From the IMG/VR virus record IMGVR_UViG_3300045988_098461, positions 20,546 to 84,545 of that record: a DNA stretch of 64,000 nt; one strand, given 5' to 3'. The number at the start of each line of letters is the position of its first letter. The stretch's first letter is position 1. A program made the position numbers and the translations under genes. Of this stretch, positions 19,675 through 28,634 are shown in pieces. Source of the DNA: a virus. The notes below the pieces were generated by a model that saw only the letters and a list, made by a program, of their open reading frames with translations, was not told the DNA's origin and ran no database searches.

Positions 19675-20649
19675 ATGAACACAATGGCAATGAATTTGAT
19701 GGCACAGCCAAGAGTAAATGAAGTAGCGGTTGCAAAGCAGCCAGAGTTGAAGAGTGATAACATGAATCAGTTCTTGGATTTCGAAACATCTAAGGTACAG
19801 ATTCTGACAATCGACCAGCTTGAACGCACCGAGAAAGAGAATGATGTGTACGGAAAGCCTTTGAAGGGTATATATCATTTTGACCTCATTCATCAGGTTG
19901 AAGACTTGTGCGAGAAGCACGGCTATAAGGCTGAGATTTACGACCTCTTTGCGGCGAATAACAAAGACCGCAATACTCCAGGTGTTACCCGTTTGCCTCA
20001 AAAGGAAGCTTTGATGGGTGATAGAGCTGTAGAGGCTCATATCCTTCGCCGAGTATTCTGTAATATTCGCTTGCGTGACTTTGATAAAGGAGAGGGCAAT
20101 GATGAGATTACAACCAATATGGCGGTATCATTCCATCAGAAGGGTATTCAGTTAGGTATCGGTAGAAACGTAGTTATCTGTCACAATCAATGTATGCTTA
20201 GTGCTGAACATTACGCTGCTACCTACTCAGATATCAATAGCGGAAGAGGAGCTTTTAAGCTCGATGAGCTTCTTCAACGTGCTGATGCTTGGCTCGCTAA
20301 TCTAAGAGGTATCATTGATACTAATGATGAAATGATTGAGCGTATGAAGAATCGCGAGATTAAAGCACAGGAAATGTTTACCATCATCGGTATGCTGACC
20401 TCGCTTCGTGTTGCTGCTGAAACGAAATATAAAGGCATCCGCAACCCTCAGGTCATTCCTCTCAATCAGGCACAGATTGGTCGCTTGACCGAGAAAATGA
20501 TGATTGCCTACTACGAGCGCAATATTGTTACCGCTTGGGATTTGTACAATGCGGCTACAGATATGTATAAGTCAACTCAGCTCGACCAGCCAATGATTCT
20601 TTCACAGAACTTGGCAATGAGTAGCTTCATTCAGAATAAGTTGATTTAA
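19675..20649 (+). CDS. DUF932-like protein
   Basis: Start at MNTMAMN after TAGGAGATAC (19661-70). The ...GIGRNVVICHNQCML... stretch resembles the DUF932 core. Confidence 0.5.
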   Translation: MNTMAMNLMAQPRVNEVAVAKQPELKSDNMNQFLDFETSKVQILTIDQLERTEKENDVYGKPLKGIYHFDLIHQVEDLCEKHGYKAEIYDLFAANNKDRNTPGVTRLPQKEALMGDRAVEAHILRRVFCNIRLRDFDKGEGNDEITTNMAVSFHQKGIQLGIGRNVVICHNQCMLSAEHYAATYSDINSGRGAFKLDELLQRADAWLANLRGIIDTNDEMIERMKNREIKAQEMFTIIGMLTSLRVAAETKYKGIRNPQVIPLNQAQIGRLTEKMMIAYYERNIVTAWDLYNAATDMYKSTQLDQPMILSQNLAMSSFIQNKLI

Positions 20650-20950
20650 GATATAACTACATAAGATTGAATATTGAAGTCATAAGAAAGTCGATTTTGA
20701 AGAGCCATAAAGCCGCCGTGAGGTGTCGGCTCTTTCTCTTAGAAGAATTATTTTATTCAGATAAATCTTGCCGTGAGGTAAGTTTTAAGACGTTATTTTT
20801 GAAAATTTTATCTTTTTGCCCTACGGCGGTATGGCATTTATATCCCGAGAAAAACCAATCGCACGGGGTGCGTGAGCTGTAGAATAGTGGTTCCGACTTC
20901 TTTTAGTTAGAATAGATGTATGTATTATTTTCCATGCTTTTAAAGTATAT

Positions 20951-21021
20951 GCGAAGATACTCCGTAATAAGCAGCTCTTAATAAGCGGAGGTTGGCGAGG
21001 GTTCGATTCCCTCTCTTGGGG
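20951..21021 (+). other. tRNA-like element (perfect T-arm plus acceptor-like 3' strand, no anticodon or D arm)
   Basis: GAGGG-TTCGATT-CCCTC at 20997-21013, then TCTTGGG-G. This can pair with CCCGAGA at 20844-50. A long irregular hairpin at 20960-90 precedes it and a T-run at 21026-32 follows. Confidence 0.3.
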
Positions 21022-21045
21022 CTATGTTTTTTTAATATATATAAT

Positions 21046-21432
21046 ATGACAGATTTTAACGGAAAATTAAATTTGCTGAAGCTCAAAAGAGCTGGCGTAA
21101 TGCAAATCCAAGGTCGAACCGAGGTGCTTCGGTGTGTGGTTATTCCTATCGAAGATAATAGTATCTTCGTTACAACAGATGATAATAATCAACCAAAGGC
21201 TGCTTATCTCGACCTTACTGCTTGGGAATTAAAGAACCCTAAGTATGACGAGACTCACATGATTAAACAGTCGTTGCCTAAAGAGGTTCGTGAGAAAATG
21301 ACAGATGAGGAGAAAAAGGCGATGCCTATCCTTGGTGGTTTAAAGCCTGTAATTTTTGAAAGTCAGAATGCGGCTTCTTCTTGTGCTGCACCTTTTGCTC
21401 AAACACAGGATTTGAATGACTTACCTTTCTGA
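21046..21432 (+). CDS. SSB-like single-stranded DNA-binding protein (tentative)
   Basis: Start moved to MTDFNG. The C-terminal acidic tail ...QDLNDLPF resembles the SSB tip (D-D-D-I-P-F type). Sits in a recombination/replication context. Confidence 0.5.
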   Translation: MTDFNGKLNLLKLKRAGVMQIQGRTEVLRCVVIPIEDNSIFVTTDDNNQPKAAYLDLTAWELKNPKYDETHMIKQSLPKEVREKMTDEEKKAMPILGGLKPVIFESQNAASSCAAPFAQTQDLNDLPF

Positions 21433-21484
21433 GCACAGACTCTCTTAAATAATGGTTTTAGATTAGTTTTAGATTATTAGAAAT

Positions 21485-21976
21485 ATGAGAATTAGAACGA
21501 GTAATTGGTTTGAGGTAGGAATCCGCTACCAAAAGACCCAAGAAGATGGTTCAGAGAAATCTGTGACCGAAAAGTATGCGATTGATGCCTTATCCTTCAC
21601 GGAAGGTGAGAGCGCAATCACAGAAGAAATGGCTGCTTATATTAGCGGTGAGTTCAAGGTTAAGTCGATGCAAGAGGCTTCGTACAGAGAGGTGTTCTTT
21701 TCTGATAAGGATGATGATGATTGCTGGTACAAGGCAAAATTGCAATTCATTTCCTATGATGATAAGACCAACAAAGAGAAGCGTAGCAACGTGACATACC
21801 TCGTGCAAGCAAAGTCTATGCACCGAGCAATCAGTAACATTGATGAGGTAATGGGGAAGACCATGATAGACTATGAAATCATCGGTCTCAGCAAAACCAA
21901 CGTATACGATGTCTTCGAGCATAAGACAAAAGAGGAGAAGGAACAGAAGTCTAACGAAGAAAAGAAGGAGGAGTAA
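21485..21976 (+). CDS. DUF4494-like protein
   Basis: The stretch WFEVGIRYQKTQEDGSEKSVTEKYAIDALSFTEGESAITEEMAAYISGEF matches the pattern of this Bacteroidota family. Confidence 0.5.
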   Translation: MRIRTSNWFEVGIRYQKTQEDGSEKSVTEKYAIDALSFTEGESAITEEMAAYISGEFKVKSMQEASYREVFFSDKDDDDCWYKAKLQFISYDDKTNKEKRSNVTYLVQAKSMHRAISNIDEVMGKTMIDYEIIGLSKTNVYDVFEHKTKEEKEQKSNEEKKEE

Positions 21977-21979
21977 AAT

Positions 21980-22516
21980 ATGGCAAGACCTAAGAAAAAT
22001 GGCGTAGAACAGCCTTTAAATTTAGATGGCAATAATATGCCTATGGAGAACGAGAACGCTCAGCAGAGCCACGAAAATGCGGCTCAGCAGCAAAGTGAGG
22101 AGCAAGTTGAGGAGTTTGAGGAAGAGGATGAGCTCCCTTTTGAAGTAGAGGATGGAGTTCCTTCCCCTATTGATAATGATAGTAATTCATTTGTTATCTA
22201 TGCTCCAAATGATATTGAAACTCGTAAGGGGCGAATGGAGGTGGTAACGGGCATTACTCTTAAAGAGGGTTATCGTGGATTGATTGTTCCAATTACATTT
22301 AACGCTCTTCATGGTTTGCCTACGGAGTCAGATTATCGCCTACAGCACTCCGATGTGATTTCTACGCATGTAGGGGAGAAGGAGATGGTAAGACTTGTAC
22401 TCTCCATCAATGATGAAACAATGATACAAGAGCAGACGAACTTCGGTTCACGCTCTCGCTACCTTATCATTCCGAAGGGCTCTCCGCTTGCCGTTCTTTT
22501 GATTTTTAAGCTGTGA
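21980..22516 (+). CDS. hypothetical protein with an acidic N-terminus
   Basis: 178-aa ORF preceded by GAAGGAGGAG. Confidence 0.55.
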   Translation: MARPKKNGVEQPLNLDGNNMPMENENAQQSHENAAQQQSEEQVEEFEEEDELPFEVEDGVPSPIDNDSNSFVIYAPNDIETRKGRMEVVTGITLKEGYRGLIVPITFNALHGLPTESDYRLQHSDVISTHVGEKEMVRLVLSINDETMIQEQTNFGSRSRYLIIPKGSPLAVLLIFKL

Positions 22517-22578
22517 AATATATAATTGCGGATGGAGGTCTATTCTATAGTATCTCCTTCCGCTCTATTAAGTAAACT

Positions 22579-22731
22579 ATGACAGAAGTTGAACGTAAAA
22601 TGCGCAGAAGTAAATACGGCAAGACCTACTATCAAAAGCATCGTGAAGCTTGCATCGAAAGAGCCAAAGCTTGGTACAATGCTCATAAGGAGTATCGTAG
22701 GCTGTATATGCTTGCGTATAATGGTAAATAG
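22579..22731 (+). CDS. small basic protein (50 aa, hand-found)
   Basis: MTEVERKMRRSKYGKTYYQKHREACIERAKAWYNAHKEYRRLYMLAYNGK. I prefer this to the out-of-frame track ORF 22589..22771. Confidence 0.3.
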   Translation: MTEVERKMRRSKYGKTYYQKHREACIERAKAWYNAHKEYRRLYMLAYNGK

Positions 22732-22740
22732 TATTTTTAT

Positions 22741-22935
22741 ATGGATGAGTTGGATAAAATTAAAGAGTTGAATACTCAATATAAATTGCTGCGAAATAAC
22801 GGAATGGTGGTAAAAGTAGACCTCGTAACCAATGTGGGAACTTATGTAGTAAAGAACCCTAACATTATTAGCAAGGTGCTTGACTTACTTATCCGTGAAT
22901 CGCAGAAGCAGATAGAAAGTGAGGTGAATACATGA
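22741..22935 (+). CDS. hypothetical protein
   Basis: 64-aa ORF whose stop overlaps the next start. Confidence 0.45.
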   Translation: MDELDKIKELNTQYKLLRNNGMVVKVDLVTNVGTYVVKNPNIISKVLDLLIRESQKQIESEVNT

Positions 22936-23174
22936 TAGGATTGAATGATAGACCAACAAGAGCAAAAAGGGTTGTTGTGGTTCAGTTAAAAGACAAAAAG
23001 CCTGAACCTTTCCTTACTTGCCCAGAGATTTATTTAAAGTACGATAAAGAGAAGATTGGCATCTGTCTTAATGCTCTATGGAATGCTCTTGCTAAAGATG
23101 GTTGCTACGAGAATAAGAAATGCAAAATCTCTTATCAGAGTATCGAACAATTAAAAACATTGGCATGGGAGTAG
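22932..23174 (+). CDS. hypothetical protein
   Basis: 80-aa ORF with GTGAGGTGA upstream. Confidence 0.45.
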   Translation: MIGLNDRPTRAKRVVVVQLKDKKPEPFLTCPEIYLKYDKEKIGICLNALWNALAKDGCYENKKCKISYQSIEQLKTLAWE

Positions 23175-23707
23175 GTAATAAAGGGTGTTGTGTGCTAAAA
23201 TATCCTCATTCTATAGATGATGGATTATTAGCTCTGTACGCACAGGGGCTTACCATACCCGAAATTAGTAAAAAGGTAGGTATACCTTATGAAACAGTAC
23301 GGCGGCGACTAAAAGGAAATGGAGTTAAACCTGCATCACCACGATTTATCGCTAAGTATGGTGAAATCCGTTATTTAGGGCGTTTCCGCTACTGGAGCGA
23401 GGAGGAGGAACAGAGATTTATTAGATTATTTCCCTTTCGTACAAATAAAGAAATTGCTAAAATCTTCTGTTGTAATATCAGAACAGTTAAGAATAAGGCT
23501 ATGTCTCTTGGGTTAAGAAAAGATGCCGTATGGTTGCATGAGTATAGATTATCTTCCATGAAGATTGCTGCCATTATATCCAAATCAAGCTCTAAGAAGT
23601 TTAGGTTTAAGGAAGGGAATAAATTCGGACATAAGTTTAAGAAAGGGTTTAAGTACGATAAAGAATTTTGGGAGAAATATAGAAGAGGTGAGGTTTCTTT
23701 GCCTTGA
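23165..23707 (+). CDS. HTH / Myb-like DNA-binding protein
   Basis: LTIPEISKKVGIPYETVRRRLK (HTH) plus WSEEEEQRFIRLF...NKEIAKIF (SANT/Myb-like). Start is uncertain. Confidence 0.45.
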   Translation: MGVGNKGCCVLKYPHSIDDGLLALYAQGLTIPEISKKVGIPYETVRRRLKGNGVKPASPRFIAKYGEIRYLGRFRYWSEEEEQRFIRLFPFRTNKEIAKIFCCNIRTVKNKAMSLGLRKDAVWLHEYRLSSMKIAAIISKSSSKKFRFKEGNKFGHKFKKGFKYDKEFWEKYRRGEVSLP

Positions 23708-23740
23708 TTACATTTTCTCGGAATATAAAATGAATAAACT

Positions 23741-24376
23741 ATGAAATTTAATAAAGAACTATCGAAGGATTTGCAAGTAAAGACAATTATGCAAAACTTC
23801 GACAAAAAGCAAGCCGAATGCGATGCTCTTAAAAAAGAAAACGAAGAATTGAAAAAGAAGTTAGAGCAGAAGGATATTCTGTATCGTAATATGCTCAATC
23901 GCTTTAGTAATATGAGTAGTCAAACAAATATTGACTATAAGGAAAGATACGAACAGCTCAAAGCTGAAAAGGCTGAGAGCGGTATGAGATATAGCCGAAT
24001 CCTTAACGATTTAAATAAGGCTTATGGAATGCTTGAATCCGTCAATGGTATTATGAATAGCGCAAACGAAAAGATAGAAGCATTCTGCTCTGATAATATG
24101 GTTAAAAACGATATTCGTTCCAAAGTTATTGAGCCTGCAACAGATAGCACTCCATCTTCTGTAAGCGTTAAAGAACAGAAGTTCGTTAGTTATGTCCGTG
24201 AACTTATTGCTAACTTTAAGGAAACAGGCTCTCTTCGAGGAATAGCTATGATAGCAAAAGACTATGGGGTTAGTTCTTTATCTAAGGAGCAATTCTTTCG
24301 CTACGGATTGAACAATGAGGTTATAACTGATGAATATATCATTAGTATTTACGAAAAGGCTAAAAAACATTTGTAA
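23741..24376 (+). CDS. coiled-coil protein
   Basis: 211-aa ORF. Confidence 0.5.
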   Translation: MKFNKELSKDLQVKTIMQNFDKKQAECDALKKENEELKKKLEQKDILYRNMLNRFSNMSSQTNIDYKERYEQLKAEKAESGMRYSRILNDLNKAYGMLESVNGIMNSANEKIEAFCSDNMVKNDIRSKVIEPATDSTPSSVSVKEQKFVSYVRELIANFKETGSLRGIAMIAKDYGVSSLSKEQFFRYGLNNEVITDEYIISIYEKAKKHL

Positions 24377-24377
24377 T

Positions 24378-24668
24378 ATGGAAGAAACTAAGTATAATAA
24401 TGATGTACCTTACGAAAGAGTAGTGCTTAGAGTGTTAGAAAACTACTTGAAGATGCAAATCAAGCTAACTCGTTACCAGAAGAAGGTCAAAGAGCAAGGT
24501 GAGTTGCTTAATAAATTAAACAACAAACACAATGATTACGAGAAGGTCGTAGCTGAGCGTGATGAGCTTCTCCAAAAGAATAAAGAACTTTCTCGGCAAT
24601 TGAAGATTTACGAAGGTGTGCGCAAATACTTCAATAGTCAAGTCTCAAAAATAGAAACTGATAAATAA
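24378..24668 (+). CDS. coiled-coil protein
   Basis: Start moved to MEETKYNN, directly after the upstream TAA. Confidence 0.45.
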   Translation: MEETKYNNDVPYERVVLRVLENYLKMQIKLTRYQKKVKEQGELLNKLNNKHNDYEKVVAERDELLQKNKELSRQLKIYEGVRKYFNSQVSKIETDK

Positions 24669-24677
24669 TATATCAAT

Positions 24678-25100
24678 ATGAAGAAGATTTTATCTTGGTG
24701 CGGTTCTCATACAGATATGCTGTGTGCATTCTTTCTGATGGGATTCTGTTTCAATGCGGTGAAGGATGGTTGGTCTGAGGCGATATTATTCTTGCCGTTT
24801 ATCGTTACGTGGATATATGTCTATTACTTACAGAAATTTATTTGTCGTCTTATCAAAAAGAACGAAGAGTTGAAAGAAATCAATAAGCAGCTTGAAAAGG
24901 CTTACGAAGAAAAGACCTTGGCGTTTATCAGAACTGATGATTTGAAGATGCTCTACATCTATAAGTATTTGTTGGCTCAAAATAATGTGGATTTATGTAA
25001 GCGAAAGATTAACTGTACGAAGTATCTTGAAAGAAGAGAATATTATGAACGTATGATTGAATTTTTCGTTAAGGATATTAAGGCTAAAGAAATGCAATAA
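24678..25100 (+). CDS. membrane protein with a coiled-coil tail
   Basis: Two hydrophobic helices in the N-terminal 60 aa. Confidence 0.5.
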   Translation: MKKILSWCGSHTDMLCAFFLMGFCFNAVKDGWSEAILFLPFIVTWIYVYYLQKFICRLIKKNEELKEINKQLEKAYEEKTLAFIRTDDLKMLYIYKYLLAQNNVDLCKRKINCTKYLERREYYERMIEFFVKDIKAKEMQ

Positions 25101-25501
25101 TGAAGTACGATGAGCTTTTAAAGAAGGAGAGCCAGAAGAAAGGCAGAAGCAAACCACGGCATATTGAATCGCAGATTCAGATTCAGATGGTGAAGTGGTT
25201 TCGCTTGCAATACCCTCGCTATATCATTGCCGCCATCCCTAACGGAGGACAACGAAATGCGCTTGAAGCGAAGATTATGAAAGGCGAGGGCGTTTTGGCT
25301 GGCTTCTCCGACCTTATTATTATAGCAAGAGAAAATGTCCTATTTATTGAAGTTAAAACTAAGGACGGGTATCAATCTGATTTGCAAGCCAAATTTCAGT
25401 CTGACGTTGAGCGATTAGGCTTTCAGTACAGCATTTGCCGCTCATTGGATGAGTTTATCTTAACCATCCAAAAATGGTTAAAAGATAAGTTTTCTGTGTA
25501 A
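25100..25501 (+). CDS. VRR-NUC domain nuclease
   Basis: ESQIQIQMVKWFRLQYP...GFSDLIII...LFIEVKT... is a PD-(D/E)xK pattern of the VRR-NUC type. Confidence 0.7.
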   Translation: MKYDELLKKESQKKGRSKPRHIESQIQIQMVKWFRLQYPRYIIAAIPNGGQRNALEAKIMKGEGVLAGFSDLIIIARENVLFIEVKTKDGYQSDLQAKFQSDVERLGFQYSICRSLDEFILTIQKWLKDKFSV

Positions 25502-25566
25502 AAATATCCGATTTTCTTAGTTTTGTATTAATATCTATTAAAATACTAATAAAAACACTGAAAAGA

Positions 25567-25598
25567 TTTGTTAGTTTCAAAAGAAATTATTAATTTTG
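25567..25598 (+). promoter_or_regulatory. Bacteroidota-type promoter TTTG-N20-TAATTTTG (cassette copy A)
   Basis: TTTG at 25567-70 and TAATTTTG at 25591-98. About 105 bp is nearly identical to 34452-34560. Confidence 0.65.
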
Positions 25599-25645
25599 CG
25601 GTGTAAATAATTAATAAATAGGTTTAACAATTAAAAGATACAACA

Positions 25646-25864
25646 ATGGAAACAAAGAAAATTGCTCGATTCAGATTTACAGCACTTGCCCATACTTTCG
25701 ATAGTTGGGATGAGGTTATAAGTTATTACGAAAGACTTGTAGAGTGTGGTGAATGTATGGTACTTCCTACTCTTTCATTTTGGGATGGTAAGGTAAGAAC
25801 CAATAAGTGGCACGCACATGTTAAAAAGAATGGTAAAATTGAGTTTACAGAAATTGAAAAATAG
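25646..25864 (+). CDS. hypothetical protein
   Basis: First ORF after cassette A. Confidence 0.55.
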   Translation: METKKIARFRFTALAHTFDSWDEVISYYERLVECGECMVLPTLSFWDGKVRTNKWHAHVKKNGKIEFTEIEK

Positions 25865-25875
25865 GAGATACGACA

Positions 25876-26241
25876 ATGGAGACAATAAACGTAAATGAGC
25901 TTTTAAATAAGCTCTCAGATAAGCAGAAGCAACTTCTAAAAGATACTATTATTAATGGCTGTTGGGGTACATGTGATAGTGAATTTGTAAACGAAAAAGG
26001 TATTATTATTGTGTCTAATTGTTATGGATATGTTGTTAATTTAGCAAAGGAAGCAGGGCATTTCAATGGTCGCCAAATATCAGCAATGTTCCGTTCTATA
26101 TATAGCAAACTCTGCCCGAATAATGGTACAGGTAATTTTCTTTCTCATATCTCTAATTATTGGGGTAATGGTTCGGGTGATGCTTTATTCATAAAGAGAG
26201 ATTATGTTATAGCTTTCGAGCGTTGGGCAAGAGAGCAATAA
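25876..26241 (+). CDS. hypothetical protein
   Basis: TAGGAGATAC at 25862-71, 4 nt before the ATG. Confidence 0.55.
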   Translation: METINVNELLNKLSDKQKQLLKDTIINGCWGTCDSEFVNEKGIIIVSNCYGYVVNLAKEAGHFNGRQISAMFRSIYSKLCPNNGTGNFLSHISNYWGNGSGDALFIKRDYVIAFERWAREQ

Positions 26242-26262
26242 CTCAATGAAGGAGATACGACA

Positions 26263-26493
26263 ATGATTACAATTATTAATAAATACACTGGCGAGGTTAT
26301 CACCAAGTACTCAGGTGCTTTGGTTGGTGAATCTACAGAGGATTCTTTTATTGCCAACGCAAAGGGTTCGGGTACGTTCAGAGGACGTTGGAATGCTATC
26401 GTAGAGTATTTTATTCCTCTGAAAGGGTTGAATGCAACACAATGCCTTCTTAAAAGCCAATACGCTGTGAAGGAATGTATGAAGAAGAAATAA
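26263..26493 (+). CDS. hypothetical protein
   Basis: AAGGAGATAC at 26249-58 before the ATG. Confidence 0.55.
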   Translation: MITIINKYTGEVITKYSGALVGESTEDSFIANAKGSGTFRGRWNAIVEYFIPLKGLNATQCLLKSQYAVKECMKKK

Positions 26494-26521
26494 TTAACGT
26501 TTAAAAATAGGAGATACAATT

Positions 26522-26908
26522 ATGGAAATCAAGGTAAATATACCACAAAACGATTATGTTCAACCAACCGAAGTTAGAGAGGAAGTCGTACAGGCAATCT
26601 GTAATGCCTTCTTATCTAATAGTTGTTGGGATATTTTTCATCCTTTCTCAGGTGCAAATAATGGTAGCCGACCTGCTACAAGACGTATTAGTTTGAGCAA
26701 TCCATGTTTTAGTGGACATGCCAACGATAAGGATATGGTTAGAATACATGGATGTGAAATGAAAGCTGCCTTTAAGGTGTTGATGAAGGCTGGTTATCAC
26801 ATGTATAAAGTGTATGACTATGGCTCTTGGATGGGTTACGCTTGCGATAAGAAACCTTTCCGTGAGGGTGCATCTGAGGTTCTTACGTTTAACGACTTTA
26901 TTGATTAA
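26522..26908 (+). CDS. hypothetical protein
   Basis: TAGGAGATAC at 26508-17 before the ATG. Confidence 0.55.
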   Translation: MEIKVNIPQNDYVQPTEVREEVVQAICNAFLSNSCWDIFHPFSGANNGSRPATRRISLSNPCFSGHANDKDMVRIHGCEMKAAFKVLMKAGYHMYKVYDYGSWMGYACDKKPFREGASEVLTFNDFID

Positions 26909-26912
26909 GCTT

Positions 26913-27512
26913 ATGTTTATAGAATTTAAGGATTTAAACGTAGTATTTAGGAAAAAGTTTCCTTTGGCTATCGTGTATCTTGATAAGTATGATAGTGAAC
27001 AATTCTTGAAGAAGCAAGGAATGGCAAAATCTGGCTCATATTGCAATTTTAGCCCACTTATTGCTATCGTTGATTTTGTTCCGCAGAAAATCGGGTGTGA
27101 GATAATTTTTACTAATTATCGCATTCTTAATAAAAAGGAAGAGGAAGATGCTTTAGCTATCTTTAAAAGAAGCAATCTTACTATCAATGATAAAGGGTTT
27201 GTTTCCTTCCTTGATTATAAGCAGATTTGCTTTGAGGTAGATGGAAATATTCTTCCTTATGATGATTTCTGTAAGTATCAGCTACCTAAGAATAAGGTAT
27301 TCAAACTAGTCTTTGATAATGGCTTCTCCTATCATGGCTCAGAACCTTTTAAGGGTGATGCAAAGAAGTATGCTGATACCGCAATAAGGATTGCTGAGAA
27401 GATTGGTTATCTTTGGTTTAGTTGGAGAATGGGTTTCACACTTAACAATCTTCTTAACGTAAGAGTTGTTTACGGAAAAAATGAAAGTTATTCAGAAATA
27501 TCTAATACATAA
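26913..27512 (+). CDS. hypothetical protein
   Basis: Start moved to MFIEFKDL, 4 nt after the upstream TAA. Confidence 0.5.
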   Translation: MFIEFKDLNVVFRKKFPLAIVYLDKYDSEQFLKKQGMAKSGSYCNFSPLIAIVDFVPQKIGCEIIFTNYRILNKKEEEDALAIFKRSNLTINDKGFVSFLDYKQICFEVDGNILPYDDFCKYQLPKNKVFKLVFDNGFSYHGSEPFKGDAKKYADTAIRIAEKIGYLWFSWRMGFTLNNLLNVRVVYGKNESYSEISNT

Positions 27513-27871
27513 TGATTATGGAAGAGATTAAAGAAAAGAAGTTTATCATAGAAGCAAAGGGCGAAGTGCCCTTTGCACAACGCACGGGTGATGGCTACGA
27601 GCTATTCAATAACGAACGAACAATGAAGTTCTGTGCGAGAAGGCAACAGATACTGGATAATGAAACGGGTGAACAGAAATCTTGTTTTGCTGTTTTCTGC
27701 TTCGTTAAAGAGGATGATGGATGGGTACAAGGTGATAACTATCATCAGACGGAAACCATCACCTCTTTTGTTAAGGATTTGAATATCTCTCCTTATTTTA
27801 CCAATGCTGTAAAGGAATATCGTGAGCAGATGGAAATCACAGAAATATGGGAGGTGAAAAAATGGGAATAG
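27512..27871 (+). CDS. hypothetical protein
   Basis: 119-aa ORF with a TAATG junction. Confidence 0.5.
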   Translation: MIMEEIKEKKFIIEAKGEVPFAQRTGDGYELFNNERTMKFCARRQQILDNETGEQKSCFAVFCFVKEDDGWVQGDNYHQTETITSFVKDLNISPYFTNAVKEYREQMEITEIWEVKKWE

Positions 27872-28062
27872 GAGCGATTTTAATCATCATAGGCGCATCC
27901 GTCATCGCATTGAGCAGCGTTGTTGCTGTTGGCGCAATGAATGGAAAATTAGAAGGTGTGGTAACCATACAAGAAAAAATCTTGATTACTATATTCTTAT
28001 TCATCTTACTCATAACGGGTTGGGTGCTATTGTATAACGGAATATCAATAATTAATCTGTAA
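27862..28062 (+). CDS. small two-helix membrane protein
   Basis: Start at MGIGAIL after GGAGGTGA. Confidence 0.5.
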   Translation: MGIGAILIIIGASVIALSSVVAVGAMNGKLEGVVTIQEKILITIFLFILLITGWVLLYNGISIINL

Positions 28063-28066
28063 TAAA

Positions 28067-28627
28067 ATGGGAAAGAGATTAAGCTTAGAAGATAAAGCTA
28101 AAATAGCTAACGGCAATGAACGTCATTGTAGGCAATGCAATCATCGTGTTTGCCCAGATGGTTTGCTTGAAGTATGTTCGGAGGCTTTTATTCGAGGGTA
28201 CAAGAAAGGCTATAAACAAAGTCAGAAAGAACAGAAAGAACGTATTGATAAGATACTCCACCCTGTTACTGAGCCTTGTGGTAGTAATGCTATCTTTGTC
28301 TTTTTTAGAGACGTAAGAAGTGGTGAATTACAACCTTATATTGAGGATATGAGAATGCCTGATGCTAAACGTTACCAAGATATAGGTTCAATAAAGTTTT
28401 CGCCAGAAAAAGACGAGCCGCAGAAACTACAGATTGCATGGTGTTATCCGAAGGATTTGATTAAGCTTCTTGGATATGACAAGAAGTATGCCGATTTTGA
28501 GCGTATAGCTCTTTCTGAAGGCGCATTCTCTTATCCTCGTGAGGAATATGAGGAAAATCTTCAGAAGTACTCTTCCGTGCGCTATGAACACAAAAAATAT
28601 TATCATTATCGGAAATTAAAAAAATAG
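28067..28627 (+). CDS. hypothetical protein (N-terminal Cys cluster)
   Basis: 186-aa ORF. Confidence 0.5.
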   Translation: MGKRLSLEDKAKIANGNERHCRQCNHRVCPDGLLEVCSEAFIRGYKKGYKQSQKEQKERIDKILHPVTEPCGSNAIFVFFRDVRSGELQPYIEDMRMPDAKRYQDIGSIKFSPEKDEPQKLQIAWCYPKDLIKLLGYDKKYADFERIALSEGAFSYPREEYEENLQKYSSVRYEHKKYYHYRKLKK

Positions 28628-28634
28628 CTTTGCT

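Noticed and set aside
20951-21021. Canonical tRNA gene, possibly the amber suppressor needed for the two in-frame TAG codons
   Set aside because: Only the T-arm and an acceptor-like 3' strand are present. I tried all registers upstream and found no 5-bp anticodon stem with a 7-nt loop, no CUA anticodon and no D-arm. The best 5' acceptor partner in range (GCGAAGA) gives only 5 of 7 pairs. I kept it as a tRNA-like element only.
20667-21045. Track ORFs 20667..20882 (TTG start) and the 20992 TTG start of the SSB-like ORF
   Set aside because: Both run through stacked hairpins and the T-arm, use TTG starts and give implausible peptides. The SSB-like gene most likely starts at ATG 21046.
23389-23898. 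169-aa minus-strand ORF. Similar cases are 26202..26519, 26648..27046, 29316..29696 and 36574..36852
   Set aside because: These are antisense to tightly packed, SD-led plus-strand genes or span promoter cassettes. Their sequences are Phe/Leu/Ser/Ile-rich, typical of AT-rich antisense frames.
27862-28062. Holin/lysis cassette
   Set aside because: A small two-helix membrane protein alone is not enough. No endolysin or spanin-like gene is adjacent. The lysis genes are probably outside the window, left of position 1.
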